From the IMG/VR virus record IMGVR_UViG_3300032277_000076, positions 1 through 24,505 of that record: a stretch of 24,505 nucleotides of DNA. One strand, given 5' to 3'. Position numbers and translations under genes: made by a program. This DNA comes from a virus (Duplodnaviria > Caudoviricetes). The notes beneath the pieces were generated by a model. That model did no database searches, was not told the origin of the DNA, and saw nothing but the letters and a program-made list of their open reading frames with translations. Below are positions 9,318-16,658 of the stretch, one piece after another (the first letter of the stretch is position 1; each line of letters opens with the position of its first letter).

Positions 9318-10835
9318 ATGACCCTTGATGCCGAAGCTTTCAACCAAGTTCCCGTGGGCGGTCGCCCATCCGGGTTTTACCCCGAAGTCGATGGATCTCT
9401 TGCGGGCATGTTTTCGCAAAATCAGGTTGCGTTGATTGTCGGCCAGAAATTGGGAACCGGCACCGCCGTGGCCGGCGTTCCGGTGCTGGTGTCCGGCGAC
9501 GGTTCCGCCGCCGACGGACTGTTCGGCAGCGGCTCCATGCTTGCCGGTATGGTCGCGGCGTTTCGCAAAAACAACCTGACCACCACCTTGTGGGTCAACC
9601 CGTTGGACGATAACGCCGTGGGCGTCGCCGCGACGCTGGACATCACCGTGACCGGCGCGGCCACGGCGGCGGGCACGCTCAATGTTTATTTTGGTCTCGA
9701 CCGGGTTCAGGTTGCTGTGGCAAATGGCGACACCGCCGCGACCGTTGCGACGGCCTTGAATGCGGCCATCAACGCGACCGTGGGTTTGGCGGTGACGTCG
9801 GTCGTTGCGCTTGCGGTCGTCACGGTGACCTTTCGGCATAAGGGCGAGGTCGGCAACGACGTGCAAATCGCGCTCAACCGGCGCGGCGCGTTGGGGGGTG
9901 AAATCACGCCGGCAGGCATTGCCATGACCATTCCCGGTGACGGTCGCCTGAGCGCGGGCGCTTCCAACCCGGATCAAACTCCGGCCATCGCCGCGATTGG
10001 CGATGATGAATACGATTTCATCGTGCATCCCTTCACCGACGCTACGTCCTTGGATGCGTGGGATGCGGAAATGGACCGACAGTGGGGCCCGTTGGCGCAA
10101 ACCTACGGAACCTATTGGACCGCGTTGTCAGGTTCCGTTTCCGCGTTGCAAACGACGGGCATCGCGCGCAATGGTAAGTATGGCAGCGGTTGCGGCGTTT
10201 TTGACGCGCCGGGCCCGGCCTATCTACGTGCGGCGCGCTATGGTTCGGTGTCGGCGCAGGCGTTGGCCAATCATCCGGCGCGTCCGTTGCACACATTGAT
10301 TCTGGCGGGCGAATTGGTGCCGGACCCCGCGGACCGTTTCGCCTGGACGGACCGCAACACGTTGCTGTACGCGGGCATTTCCACCTTGAAAGAAGTGGGC
10401 GGCCAACTGACCATCGACCGCGCCATCACGTTCTATCAAAAGAACGCGTCCGGCGTTGCCGACACGGCATTTTTGGATGTAACCACCCCGGCCACGGTGC
10501 GCCGGATCATTCGCGAAATTCGCTTTTTGGTACACACCAATTTCATCGCCCGGCGCTGCGTTCTGGTGGCCGACACAACCCCCATCGGCGAAGGCGTGCC
10601 CCATGCCACCCCTGCGATGATCAAATCGCTGGTGATGGGGCATTACGATCGCTTGCAGCGTTTAGGACTGGTCGAACGCAAGGACCTGTTCGAAGCCTTA
10701 TTCGCCGTGAACGTCGACGCCACCGATCCGACTCGCATCAACATGCTGTACACCCCGGATCTGGCCAACCCGCTCATCACGTTTGCGACCAAAGTCCAGT
10801 TTTCGCTGCAATGGCCGGAAAATCTGGTCGGTTAA
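9318..10835 (+). CDS. Contractile tail sheath protein (Mu gpL-like)
   Basis: 505 aa. LFGSGSMLAGM, FRHKGEVGND, YDFIVHPFTD, HPARPLHTL, RNTLLYAGIST, ITFYQKNASGVADTAFLDV. Confidence 0.96.
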   Translation: MTLDAEAFNQVPVGGRPSGFYPEVDGSLAGMFSQNQVALIVGQKLGTGTAVAGVPVLVSGDGSAADGLFGSGSMLAGMVAAFRKNNLTTTLWVNPLDDNAVGVAATLDITVTGAATAAGTLNVYFGLDRVQVAVANGDTAATVATALNAAINATVGLAVTSVVALAVVTVTFRHKGEVGNDVQIALNRRGALGGEITPAGIAMTIPGDGRLSAGASNPDQTPAIAAIGDDEYDFIVHPFTDATSLDAWDAEMDRQWGPLAQTYGTYWTALSGSVSALQTTGIARNGKYGSGCGVFDAPGPAYLRAARYGSVSAQALANHPARPLHTLILAGELVPDPADRFAWTDRNTLLYAGISTLKEVGGQLTIDRAITFYQKNASGVADTAFLDVTTPATVRRIIREIRFLVHTNFIARRCVLVADTTPIGEGVPHATPAMIKSLVMGHYDRLQRLGLVERKDLFEALFAVNVDATDPTRINMLYTPDLANPLITFATKVQFSLQWPENLVG

Positions 10836-10871
10836 ACATCCTCAGACATTCAAAGATAAGGAGACAACACC

Positions 10872-11231
10872 ATGGCCACAGTCGCCGGTGTACAGGGTCT
10901 GGTGGTGGACGGTGTCGCGTACACCACCGCCCCGGAAGCAAAATATGATTTCAGCACGGAAACCGTGGAAAGCATTCCCGGCGCCCGTGGTCGGGCCGGA
11001 CAAAAATACGTCGGTGCGGTTCCGTTCATCGAAACCAAGATTTTTTTGGGCGAAGGCCAAACCAGCGAAACCCTGCGCGGCGCCCGAAACATCAACGTGC
11101 AATTGCGCCTTGCGGACCGTGTTTGCACCTTGTCCGAAGCCAGTTTTGTCGGCGGGTTTGAAACGGACGGTTCTGACAATTCGGGCACGGTGCGTTTCGA
11201 AGGCGCAAGTGGCGTGGAGGTCGCGGTTTGA
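10872..11231 (+). CDS. Tail tube protein (Mu gpM-like)
   Basis: 119 aa after sheath. VAGVQGLVVDG...VPFIE...GTVRFEG. AAGGAG RBS. Confidence 0.88.
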   Translation: MATVAGVQGLVVDGVAYTTAPEAKYDFSTETVESIPGARGRAGQKYVGAVPFIETKIFLGEGQTSETLRGARNINVQLRLADRVCTLSEASFVGGFETDGSDNSGTVRFEGASGVEVAV

Positions 11232-11641
11232 TGATTGATCAATCTCAACTGTCCACCGCCGCAGGCCAGGACCTGACGCCAGAAGATGTCAATCTTGACG
11301 ACTATCTCGAAGACATTCCGGGCGGGCAAAAGATGCTGCGGCTGGAGTATCCGTTTAGTGTCCAGAAAAAAGAAAACGGCGGCCCCATGCAAGACGTTCA
11401 GGTCGATGCTTTGACCTTCCGACGTCTTAAGGCTGGCGATTTGGATATTCTGGCTAAATCTACGGAAACCACCGTGATGAAAGACATGCGGGCCTTGATC
11501 GCCGTGATGACGGATACCCTTGAGCCGCATATCCAAAAGCACCTGGACGCGGATGATTTTTTTCGCGCTTTGGTGACGGTGACCGGTTTTTTTCCAAAAC
11601 CGAAATCCCATCAAACTGGCGCGACATCGCCGGGCAATTGA
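11231..11641 (+). CDS. Tail assembly chaperone (Mu gp41 / P2 gpE-like), short form
   Basis: Between tube and TMP. LTFRRLKAGDL...LDADDF...VTGFF. ATG overlaps the tube TGA. Confidence 0.88.
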   Translation: MIDQSQLSTAAGQDLTPEDVNLDDYLEDIPGGQKMLRLEYPFSVQKKENGGPMQDVQVDALTFRRLKAGDLDILAKSTETTVMKDMRALIAVMTDTLEPHIQKHLDADDFFRALVTVTGFFPKPKSHQTGATSPGN

Positions 11642-11766
11642 TCGCCCAGCACCACTGGACCCCGGCGCAAATCCTCGACATGCACGTCGAAGATTTGGCC
11701 TGGGCCATTTCCGCGACCGACAAACACAACCGTGCTCAAGCCAAGGCATACGAAGGAGACGACTAA
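11587..11766 (+). CDS. -1 frameshift extension of the tail chaperone (P2 gpE'-like); fusion about 178 aa
   Basis: GGT TTT TTT CCA slippery site. The -1 frame reads FFSKTEIPSNWRDIAGQLIAQHHWTPAQILDMHVEDLAWAISATDKHNRAQAKAYEGDD* and ends 3 nt before the TMP ATG. HWxP..I..M...L.W is the E' signature. Confidence 0.88.
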   Translation, partial: FFSKTEIPSNWRDIAGQLIAQHHWTPAQILDMHVEDLAWAISATDKHNRAQAKAYEGDD

Positions 11767-11769
11767 GCC

Positions 11770-13461
11770 ATGTCCGCCAAACCCGCCGCCGTCCTGTTTG
11801 CTCTCAGGGCTGTTAACCAGTCCAAGGCCACCATCGATCAACTCAAGGGTCAATTTAGGGGTCTGCGCGTCCAGGCGGCTTTGACGGCGCGCAGTCTACG
11901 GATGCAAAATGTCGCCGCGGCGTTCACACGCCTGAAAACATCCATGAAGGGAATCTCGGCGGCATCGGGCATGATGGGCAACGCCCTGCGCGGTGCGCTT
12001 GCACCGTTAACAGCCTTGATGGGGGGCGGCGCTGCGGTGGGGTTGTGGCGGATGGTTAGTGCCACCACGGCGGCGGGAGATAGTCTGGCCAAAATGTCCC
12101 AACGCACCGGCATCGCGGTTGAGGCCCTTCAAGAACTCAAGTTCGGTGCGGCCCGTGAGGGCGTCGACGGCGCGACATTTGACACGGCGATGAAAGATTT
12201 CAACAAAAACATTGGCGAGGCCCGCAACGGCGTCGGCGAGGCCCTGCCGCTGTTCAAAAAATTAGGTATTGATCTCAACGACAGTGCGGGAAACGCGCGG
12301 ACCAACAAAGACATCATGGATGATCTGGCCGACGCCATGGCGCGCATAAAAGACCCTGCCAGTAAAGCTGCTCTCGCGAACAAGGTTATGGGCGAAAGTG
12401 GGGCGAAAATGACGCTTTTGTTATCAAAAGGCCGAGAAGGTATAGCGGCCTATGGTGTCGAGGCCCGAAACTTAGGGATCATTACCGAATCCCAAGCAAA
12501 GGCTGCGGAAGAGATGGCCAATAAAACGGAAAATATGGGTCGGGCATGGGATGGTTTGTCGGCGTCCATAACCGAAAAATTGCTCCCTGTTTTAGGCCCG
12601 GTTATTGTGCAAATCACAAATTGGATCGCTGCAAACCGCGACCTGATTGCGACCAAAGTTGGGGCTTTCATCAAAGATTTGGTGAAATGGTTCGACCAAC
12701 TGGACTTGAATAAAGTTTTAGGCGTGTTCCAATCTCTGATTTCATCGGTGGTTGCGGTCAAGGATTGGTTCGGCAGTTGGGGCAAGATGATCGCCTGGAT
12801 TGTCGTGCTGCTGCATGCCGGTCTGATTTTTGCGGTGTTGAAAGCCGTCGTTGCGCTCGGACAATTGGGTGTGGCGTTGCTGGTGACCACGGCCCGCATG
12901 GCGGCGATGGGCGCGATGGCGGTTGCGAAAATGGTTTTCGATTTCTTTGTCGCCATGAAATACGGCGTCGGCATCATGAAGGCCCTCAACATCGCCATGG
13001 CGTCAAACCCCATCGGTTTGTTGGTGGTGGCGCTGGCGGCGGCGGCGGGGTTGGTCATGGCCTATTGGGAACCGATTAAGGAATGGTTTTCGGGCTTCGA
13101 TTTCCTAAGCCCCATCAAAAAACAAGTCACGGCCCTGGCCGGGGTGTTGCCCGATTGGGTGTCGGCCAAGTTGGGGTTAAGTGTGGCCAAAACGACGGTG
13201 GCGGATGCGAACGCGTACAGCGCATTTGGGCTCGGCGGTCTAAGTGCATCTGGCGGTGCCAACATGGCGCCGTCCATCGCCATGACCCGCCCGCCTGTAC
13301 CGGTCGCGGCAAAATCCGAAGTCACCGTGACCCTGAAAGCCGACAACCTTCCTGCTGGCATGCGGGTGGATGCGGAACGCCCGCGCGGCGATGCAAATAC
13401 CCGCGTGAACACGCAACGCATAGGTCCCGGGCACTTTAGCCGTCCGGCATACGCGGGGTGA
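11770..13461 (+). CDS. Tail tape measure protein
   Basis: 563 aa, Ala-rich and helical. GDSLAKMSQRTGIAVEALQEL, hydrophobic segments, SNPIGLLVVALAAAAGLVMAYWEPIKEWF. AAGGAG RBS. Confidence 0.93.
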   Translation: MSAKPAAVLFALRAVNQSKATIDQLKGQFRGLRVQAALTARSLRMQNVAAAFTRLKTSMKGISAASGMMGNALRGALAPLTALMGGGAAVGLWRMVSATTAAGDSLAKMSQRTGIAVEALQELKFGAAREGVDGATFDTAMKDFNKNIGEARNGVGEALPLFKKLGIDLNDSAGNARTNKDIMDDLADAMARIKDPASKAALANKVMGESGAKMTLLLSKGREGIAAYGVEARNLGIITESQAKAAEEMANKTENMGRAWDGLSASITEKLLPVLGPVIVQITNWIAANRDLIATKVGAFIKDLVKWFDQLDLNKVLGVFQSLISSVVAVKDWFGSWGKMIAWIVVLLHAGLIFAVLKAVVALGQLGVALLVTTARMAAMGAMAVAKMVFDFFVAMKYGVGIMKALNIAMASNPIGLLVVALAAAAGLVMAYWEPIKEWFSGFDFLSPIKKQVTALAGVLPDWVSAKLGLSVAKTTVADANAYSAFGLGGLSASGGANMAPSIAMTRPPVPVAAKSEVTVTLKADNLPAGMRVDAERPRGDANTRVNTQRIGPGHFSRPAYAG

Positions 13462-14228
13462 TGGCGATGGTAAACTTGAACGGTGGCTTGCTTGATAATG
13501 TTGAAGATGCAATCGGCATGTTGGACGATCTGGAATTCAGCGCCGTTCCGTTTGCCGCGGCGCGGACCTTGACCCAATTGGCGGCAGACGGTCAGGCGGA
13601 AGTGCGCCGCCAACTGCCGGACCGTTTCACCATTCGGCGCGACCGGGTGGCGCGGGGCGTGCGTATCGCGTCCGCCACCAAAAAAACGATGGAATCCGCC
13701 GTTTATACCCTGGATTGGTACATGCAAGACCAGCAAGATGGCGGAACCCGTGCGGCCAAAACAGGCCGGGCGCGGTTGATTCCATCGCTGAACGTGCGCG
13801 ACGGCGAAAACATGCGCGGCGCCATCAAGCGGGGCATGCGCCCGCGCGCCGTGCTGCGCAAGGCCGGTCTGGAGAAAGGCCTGGAACAATCTGTCGGGGC
13901 CGGGGTGGGTGCGGGGCGGGTGGTGACGGGCGCGGGCAAAAAGAAACGCCGCGCAGGCAAGCCAAAAGCCTTTGCCTTGCGCATGAAATCCGGAAAAACA
14001 GGGGTGTTTTTGCGCCCGCACCGGGGGGCGTCGAATTTTGAACTGCTTTACACCCTGCAAGACAAGGTGCGCGTCGAAGCACGCTGGGAAATGGACGCGA
14101 CCGTCGCAAAAATCGCCAACAGCGGCTTTCGCGCCCGATTCTTGATGAACCTGCAATCCGCCCTTGAAAACGACCGCAAAGCGCCGGGTCGGCGCAGCTT
14201 TATCGATGCGTTGTTGAGGGGGGGTTAA
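13461..14228 (+). CDS. Basic neck/tail completion protein, lambda gpZ-like
   Basis: VPFAAARTLTQLA...RFTIRR...ATKKTMESAV...YMQDQQDGGTR. Strongly Arg/Lys rich. ATG overlaps the TMP TGA. Confidence 0.62.
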   Translation: MAMVNLNGGLLDNVEDAIGMLDDLEFSAVPFAAARTLTQLAADGQAEVRRQLPDRFTIRRDRVARGVRIASATKKTMESAVYTLDWYMQDQQDGGTRAAKTGRARLIPSLNVRDGENMRGAIKRGMRPRAVLRKAGLEKGLEQSVGAGVGAGRVVTGAGKKKRRAGKPKAFALRMKSGKTGVFLRPHRGASNFELLYTLQDKVRVEARWEMDATVAKIANSGFRARFLMNLQSALENDRKAPGRRSFIDALLRGG

Positions 14229-14479
14229 GTTTTCTTAAGCCGCACGCCCGCGCCGCCGCCGTTTTCGGGGATGAATTCGACCCCGGCGGCTTCGAGGGCA
14301 GCTTGGATGGCGGTGAGGTTGGCTTTTGTTGTTGATGGTATGCCGTCAGAGGATTCAGCGCGGCGGATTGTGGCAAGCCCAATATTTGCCCTGGAAGCGA
14401 GGTCTGCCCCCGACATTCCAATTAAGCCACGACCTGCTCTGATCTGCCCGCCCGTGATGTTTAAAGTATCACTTGACAC
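14225..14479 (-). CDS. XRE-family HTH transcriptional regulator (84 aa)
   Basis: ITGGQIRAGRGLIGMSGADLASRANIGLATIRRAES...AIQAALEAAGVEFIPENGGGAGVRL. Start re-called at GTG 14479 with GGCGGAG 9 nt upstream. Confidence 0.92.
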   Translation of the reverse strand: MSSDTLNITGGQIRAGRGLIGMSGADLASRANIGLATIRRAESSDGIPSTTKANLTAIQAALEAAGVEFIPENGGGAGVRLKKT

Positions 14480-14528
14480 TAAAAGACACTCCGCCCTATT
14501 GTTGTGATACAAAAGATATCATCTGATG
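14455..14528. promoter_or_regulatory. Two candidate operators, TGATR-N7-TATCA-N2-TGAYR, 50 bp apart
   Basis: 14455-14478 TGATG TTTAAAG TATCA CT TGACA; 14505-14528 TGATA CAAAAGA TATCA TC TGATG. Confidence 0.65.
14473..14502 (+). promoter_or_regulatory. Rightward sigma70-type promoter for the 52-aa ORF/BRO operon
   Basis: TTGACA (14473-14478), 18-nt spacer, TATTGT (14497-14502). Confidence 0.7.
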
Positions 14529-14541
14529 CTCTTGGAGGCAA
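14513..14541 (-). promoter_or_regulatory. Leftward sigma70-type promoter for the XRE gene
   Basis: On the minus strand: TTGCCT (14541-14536), 17-nt spacer ending TGA (extended -10), TATCTT (14518-14513). Confidence 0.65.
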
Positions 14542-14543
14542 CA

Positions 14544-14702
14544 ATGCAGACCGCAAAAGTGATTAAGTTTGAAAGGCCACATCCGCCATCCGGCGATTTT
14601 AAGGTTTTCACCGCACAAGACATTGCGCGTCTGCGTGCGCGAGGCCGTGTGTGGTACATGAAAATCAAGCAAAAGCACAAAGATGCGGAGGCATGCAAAT
14701 GA
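14544..14702 (+). CDS. Small basic hypothetical protein (52 aa), absent from the ORF track
   Basis: GGAGG at 14534-14538. MQTAKVIKFERPHPPSGDFKVFTAQDIARLRARGRVWYMKIKQKHKDAEACK*. Stop overlaps the BRO start as ATGA. Confidence 0.72.
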   Translation: MQTAKVIKFERPHPPSGDFKVFTAQDIARLRARGRVWYMKIKQKHKDAEACK

Positions 14703-15736
14703 GCGCGCTGGCGACATTCGATTTCGAAGGCACTGATGTTCGGGTACAGGACCTAGATGGCGAACCGTGGTTTGTCGGTAAGGATGTATGTGGGTGCTTG
14801 GATTTGTCCAATCACAATAAAGCGCTTGGTCAGTTGGATGATGATGAACGAAAGGGGGTAACTATTAGTTACCCCCTTGGAAAAAACCCTCAAACCATGA
14901 TTTGTATCAATGAGCCGGGCATTTTCCAATTGGTGTTCACCAGCCGCACGGATGCAGCAAAACGTTTCAAGCGATGGCTGGCCCACGAGGTTTTGCCGGA
15001 AATTCGCCGCTCTGGGACCTACAGCCTTGTGGTTCCGGACAACGATGAGCCGGTGACGCCGCCTGTTGAAGACATGGAAATCGAAGAGCGTCGCCAGACG
15101 GTCGCGGAAATCAGCTTATGTCGGCGTATTTTTGGCCGGTCGGCGGCCCAACAGTTGTGGTTGCAATCGAAATTGGCAAAACCGGAAGCCCCGGCGATGG
15201 TGAGCCGCGAAGTCGCGCCGGACATCATCGGGTGGTGGCGGGGGCGAATTGGGTCCGGGGTGGTTTTGCCGCAAGACGATGCGTGGCGCACCGAAGTTCC
15301 GGCCCACGAAGTTTGCGAATGTTACCGCCGTGAAACCGGGCAACAAGACAGCCCGGGACTACGGGCGCGTTTTGGCAGGGCCTTGCGTGAAATTGTTCCG
15401 GGTGTGTGCCGGGTCCAGCGTACCGATCGCGCCGGGCGGACTTGGTCTTACATTTTGCCGGATCTGGACACGTGCCGCGACCATTTGGAACGGGTGACCG
15501 GGCAACAGGTCCCGGATCGTCAAGACATCAACGGATTTGCCCGCGAAAACCTAGTGTCGGCACCGGGTGAAACAATTTCAGCGCGGGCACTGTACGATGC
15601 TTACACAAAATGGTGTTCGCAAACGCGTATACCAGCCGTCAATGAAACCCGATTTGGCCGAGGGCTAGCCGAATTGGGCTATCGAAAGGAAAAACGCGGA
15701 AACATCCAATATTTGGACATCGCGTTGATGAATTGA
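14699..15736 (+). CDS. BRO-N antirepressor-like protein with C-terminal primase-type winged-helix domains
   Basis: Start re-called at ATG 14699 (GGAGG 14687-14691), 345 aa. FDFEGTDVRV..DGEPWFVGKDVC...INEPGIFQLVFTSRTDAAKRFKRWLAHEVLPEIRRSGTY is BRO-N. C-terminal ISARALYDAYTKWC...ETRFGRGLAELGYRKEKRG. Confidence 0.9.
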   Translation: MSALATFDFEGTDVRVQDLDGEPWFVGKDVCGCLDLSNHNKALGQLDDDERKGVTISYPLGKNPQTMICINEPGIFQLVFTSRTDAAKRFKRWLAHEVLPEIRRSGTYSLVVPDNDEPVTPPVEDMEIEERRQTVAEISLCRRIFGRSAAQQLWLQSKLAKPEAPAMVSREVAPDIIGWWRGRIGSGVVLPQDDAWRTEVPAHEVCECYRRETGQQDSPGLRARFGRALREIVPGVCRVQRTDRAGRTWSYILPDLDTCRDHLERVTGQQVPDRQDINGFARENLVSAPGETISARALYDAYTKWCSQTRIPAVNETRFGRGLAELGYRKEKRGNIQYLDIALMN

Positions 15737-15768
15737 CTTGAAAATAGGCATTTATGCGCAACTTAAGA

Positions 15769-15798
15769 TTGACTGCGGTGTGTCCGGCGACATAGATT
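15769..15798 (+). promoter_or_regulatory. Candidate promoter of the membrane moron
   Basis: TTGACT (15769-15774), 18-nt spacer, TAGATT (15793-15798) in an AT-rich intergenic gap. Confidence 0.45.
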
Positions 15799-15830
15799 TA
15801 TCCTGAAATTCATTTTTTTGGGGGGTGGTT

Positions 15831-16511
15831 ATGGGCACGTTTATTGGTTTTGCATTTGGCCTTTTGCTGCTACTTGGCGGTATTGTGCTTGCCCGCGAGA
15901 ATCTGAAAGGTCTTTCCGGCACCAGTAAATCGATACGTAAGGATGCCCTTAAGGGGCTTAGTATTTCAGGCGTGTTTTTTGTTGGCGGAAGTCTGTTGAC
16001 GTTGGCCATGTTGAGTTCGTTAGGGGCAACGCCAGAAGAAATCGCTGCTGAAAAAGAGGCCGCGTGCATGGCCGACCCGATTTGTGTTGAGGCCCGCGTC
16101 ACTGCAAATCGTGCGGCGATGGCGGCGCAACAAGAAGCCGCGGCCGCAGCGCAGGCGCAGGCTGTGGCGAAGGCGAAAGCCGAAAAAGAGGCGGCGGCCG
16201 CGCAAGCGGCGGCGTGTCGTCTGGATTTGAGTTGTTGGGCCGAGCAGAATATGGGTATGGCCCTTAATCGTTGTAAAAAAGCCATTCAAAAGGCGGCGCT
16301 GTACGATTTCGAGTGGATCGATGGGTTTGCCGAGTCAAAATTTAATCGTATTTTGTGGGTCGATGAAGAAAAAGGCGTGATCAAATATATGGGTGATAAG
16401 TTGAAAATGCAGAATGCGTTCGGCGCATGGTCGAATATGCGTTATGCGTGCGATCTTGATATTGCCAACAAAGTTGTTCTCGGTATTGAATTGGAACAGG
16501 GTCATTTATAG
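15831..16511 (+). CDS. Membrane-anchored moron protein (2 TM segments, Ala-rich stalk, Cys-containing C-terminal domain)
   Basis: Hydrophobic FIGFAFGLLLLLGGIVLA and ISGVFFVGGSLLTLAMLSSL. AAQQEAAAAAQAQAVAKAKAEKEAAAA stalk. CRLDLSCW...C...YMGDKLKMQNAFGAW...YACD. Lower GC than neighbouring genes. Confidence 0.85.
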   Translation: MGTFIGFAFGLLLLLGGIVLARENLKGLSGTSKSIRKDALKGLSISGVFFVGGSLLTLAMLSSLGATPEEIAAEKEAACMADPICVEARVTANRAAMAAQQEAAAAAQAQAVAKAKAEKEAAAAQAAACRLDLSCWAEQNMGMALNRCKKAIQKAALYDFEWIDGFAESKFNRILWVDEEKGVIKYMGDKLKMQNAFGAWSNMRYACDLDIANKVVLGIELEQGHL

Positions 16512-16519
16512 GCTATAAT
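16491..16519 (+). promoter_or_regulatory. Candidate sigma70 promoter at the right end of the cassette
   Basis: TTGGAA (16491-16496), 17-nt spacer, perfect TATAAT (16514-16519). Confidence 0.5.
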
Positions 16520-16525
16520 GCTCAC

Positions 16526-16597
16526 ATGTTTAAACTTTTGAACAATCTGTTCGGAATTTTTGTGCTGTATATGATCGTTTATTACAACATCATGTAG
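16526..16597 (+). CDS. Possible leaderless 23-aa hydrophobic peptide
   Basis: MFKLLNNLFGIFVLYMIVYYNIM*. ATG is 7 nt after TATAAT. No RBS. Confidence 0.3.
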   Translation: MFKLLNNLFGIFVLYMIVYYNIM

Positions 16598-16658
16598 CAG
16601 TGTTTGGCGTGCGCGGCCCGGTGCGCTATGCGGCGCGGGCCTGTCTGGAGAAACTAAA

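Noticed and set aside
14480-14512. ORF-track start of XRE at 14512
   Set aside because: Falls at the predicted leftward -10/start site. GTG at 14479 has a proper RBS.
14651-14698. ORF-track start of the BRO gene
   Set aside because: Lies inside the 52-aa ORF. GGAGG supports ATG 14699, where BRO-N begins.
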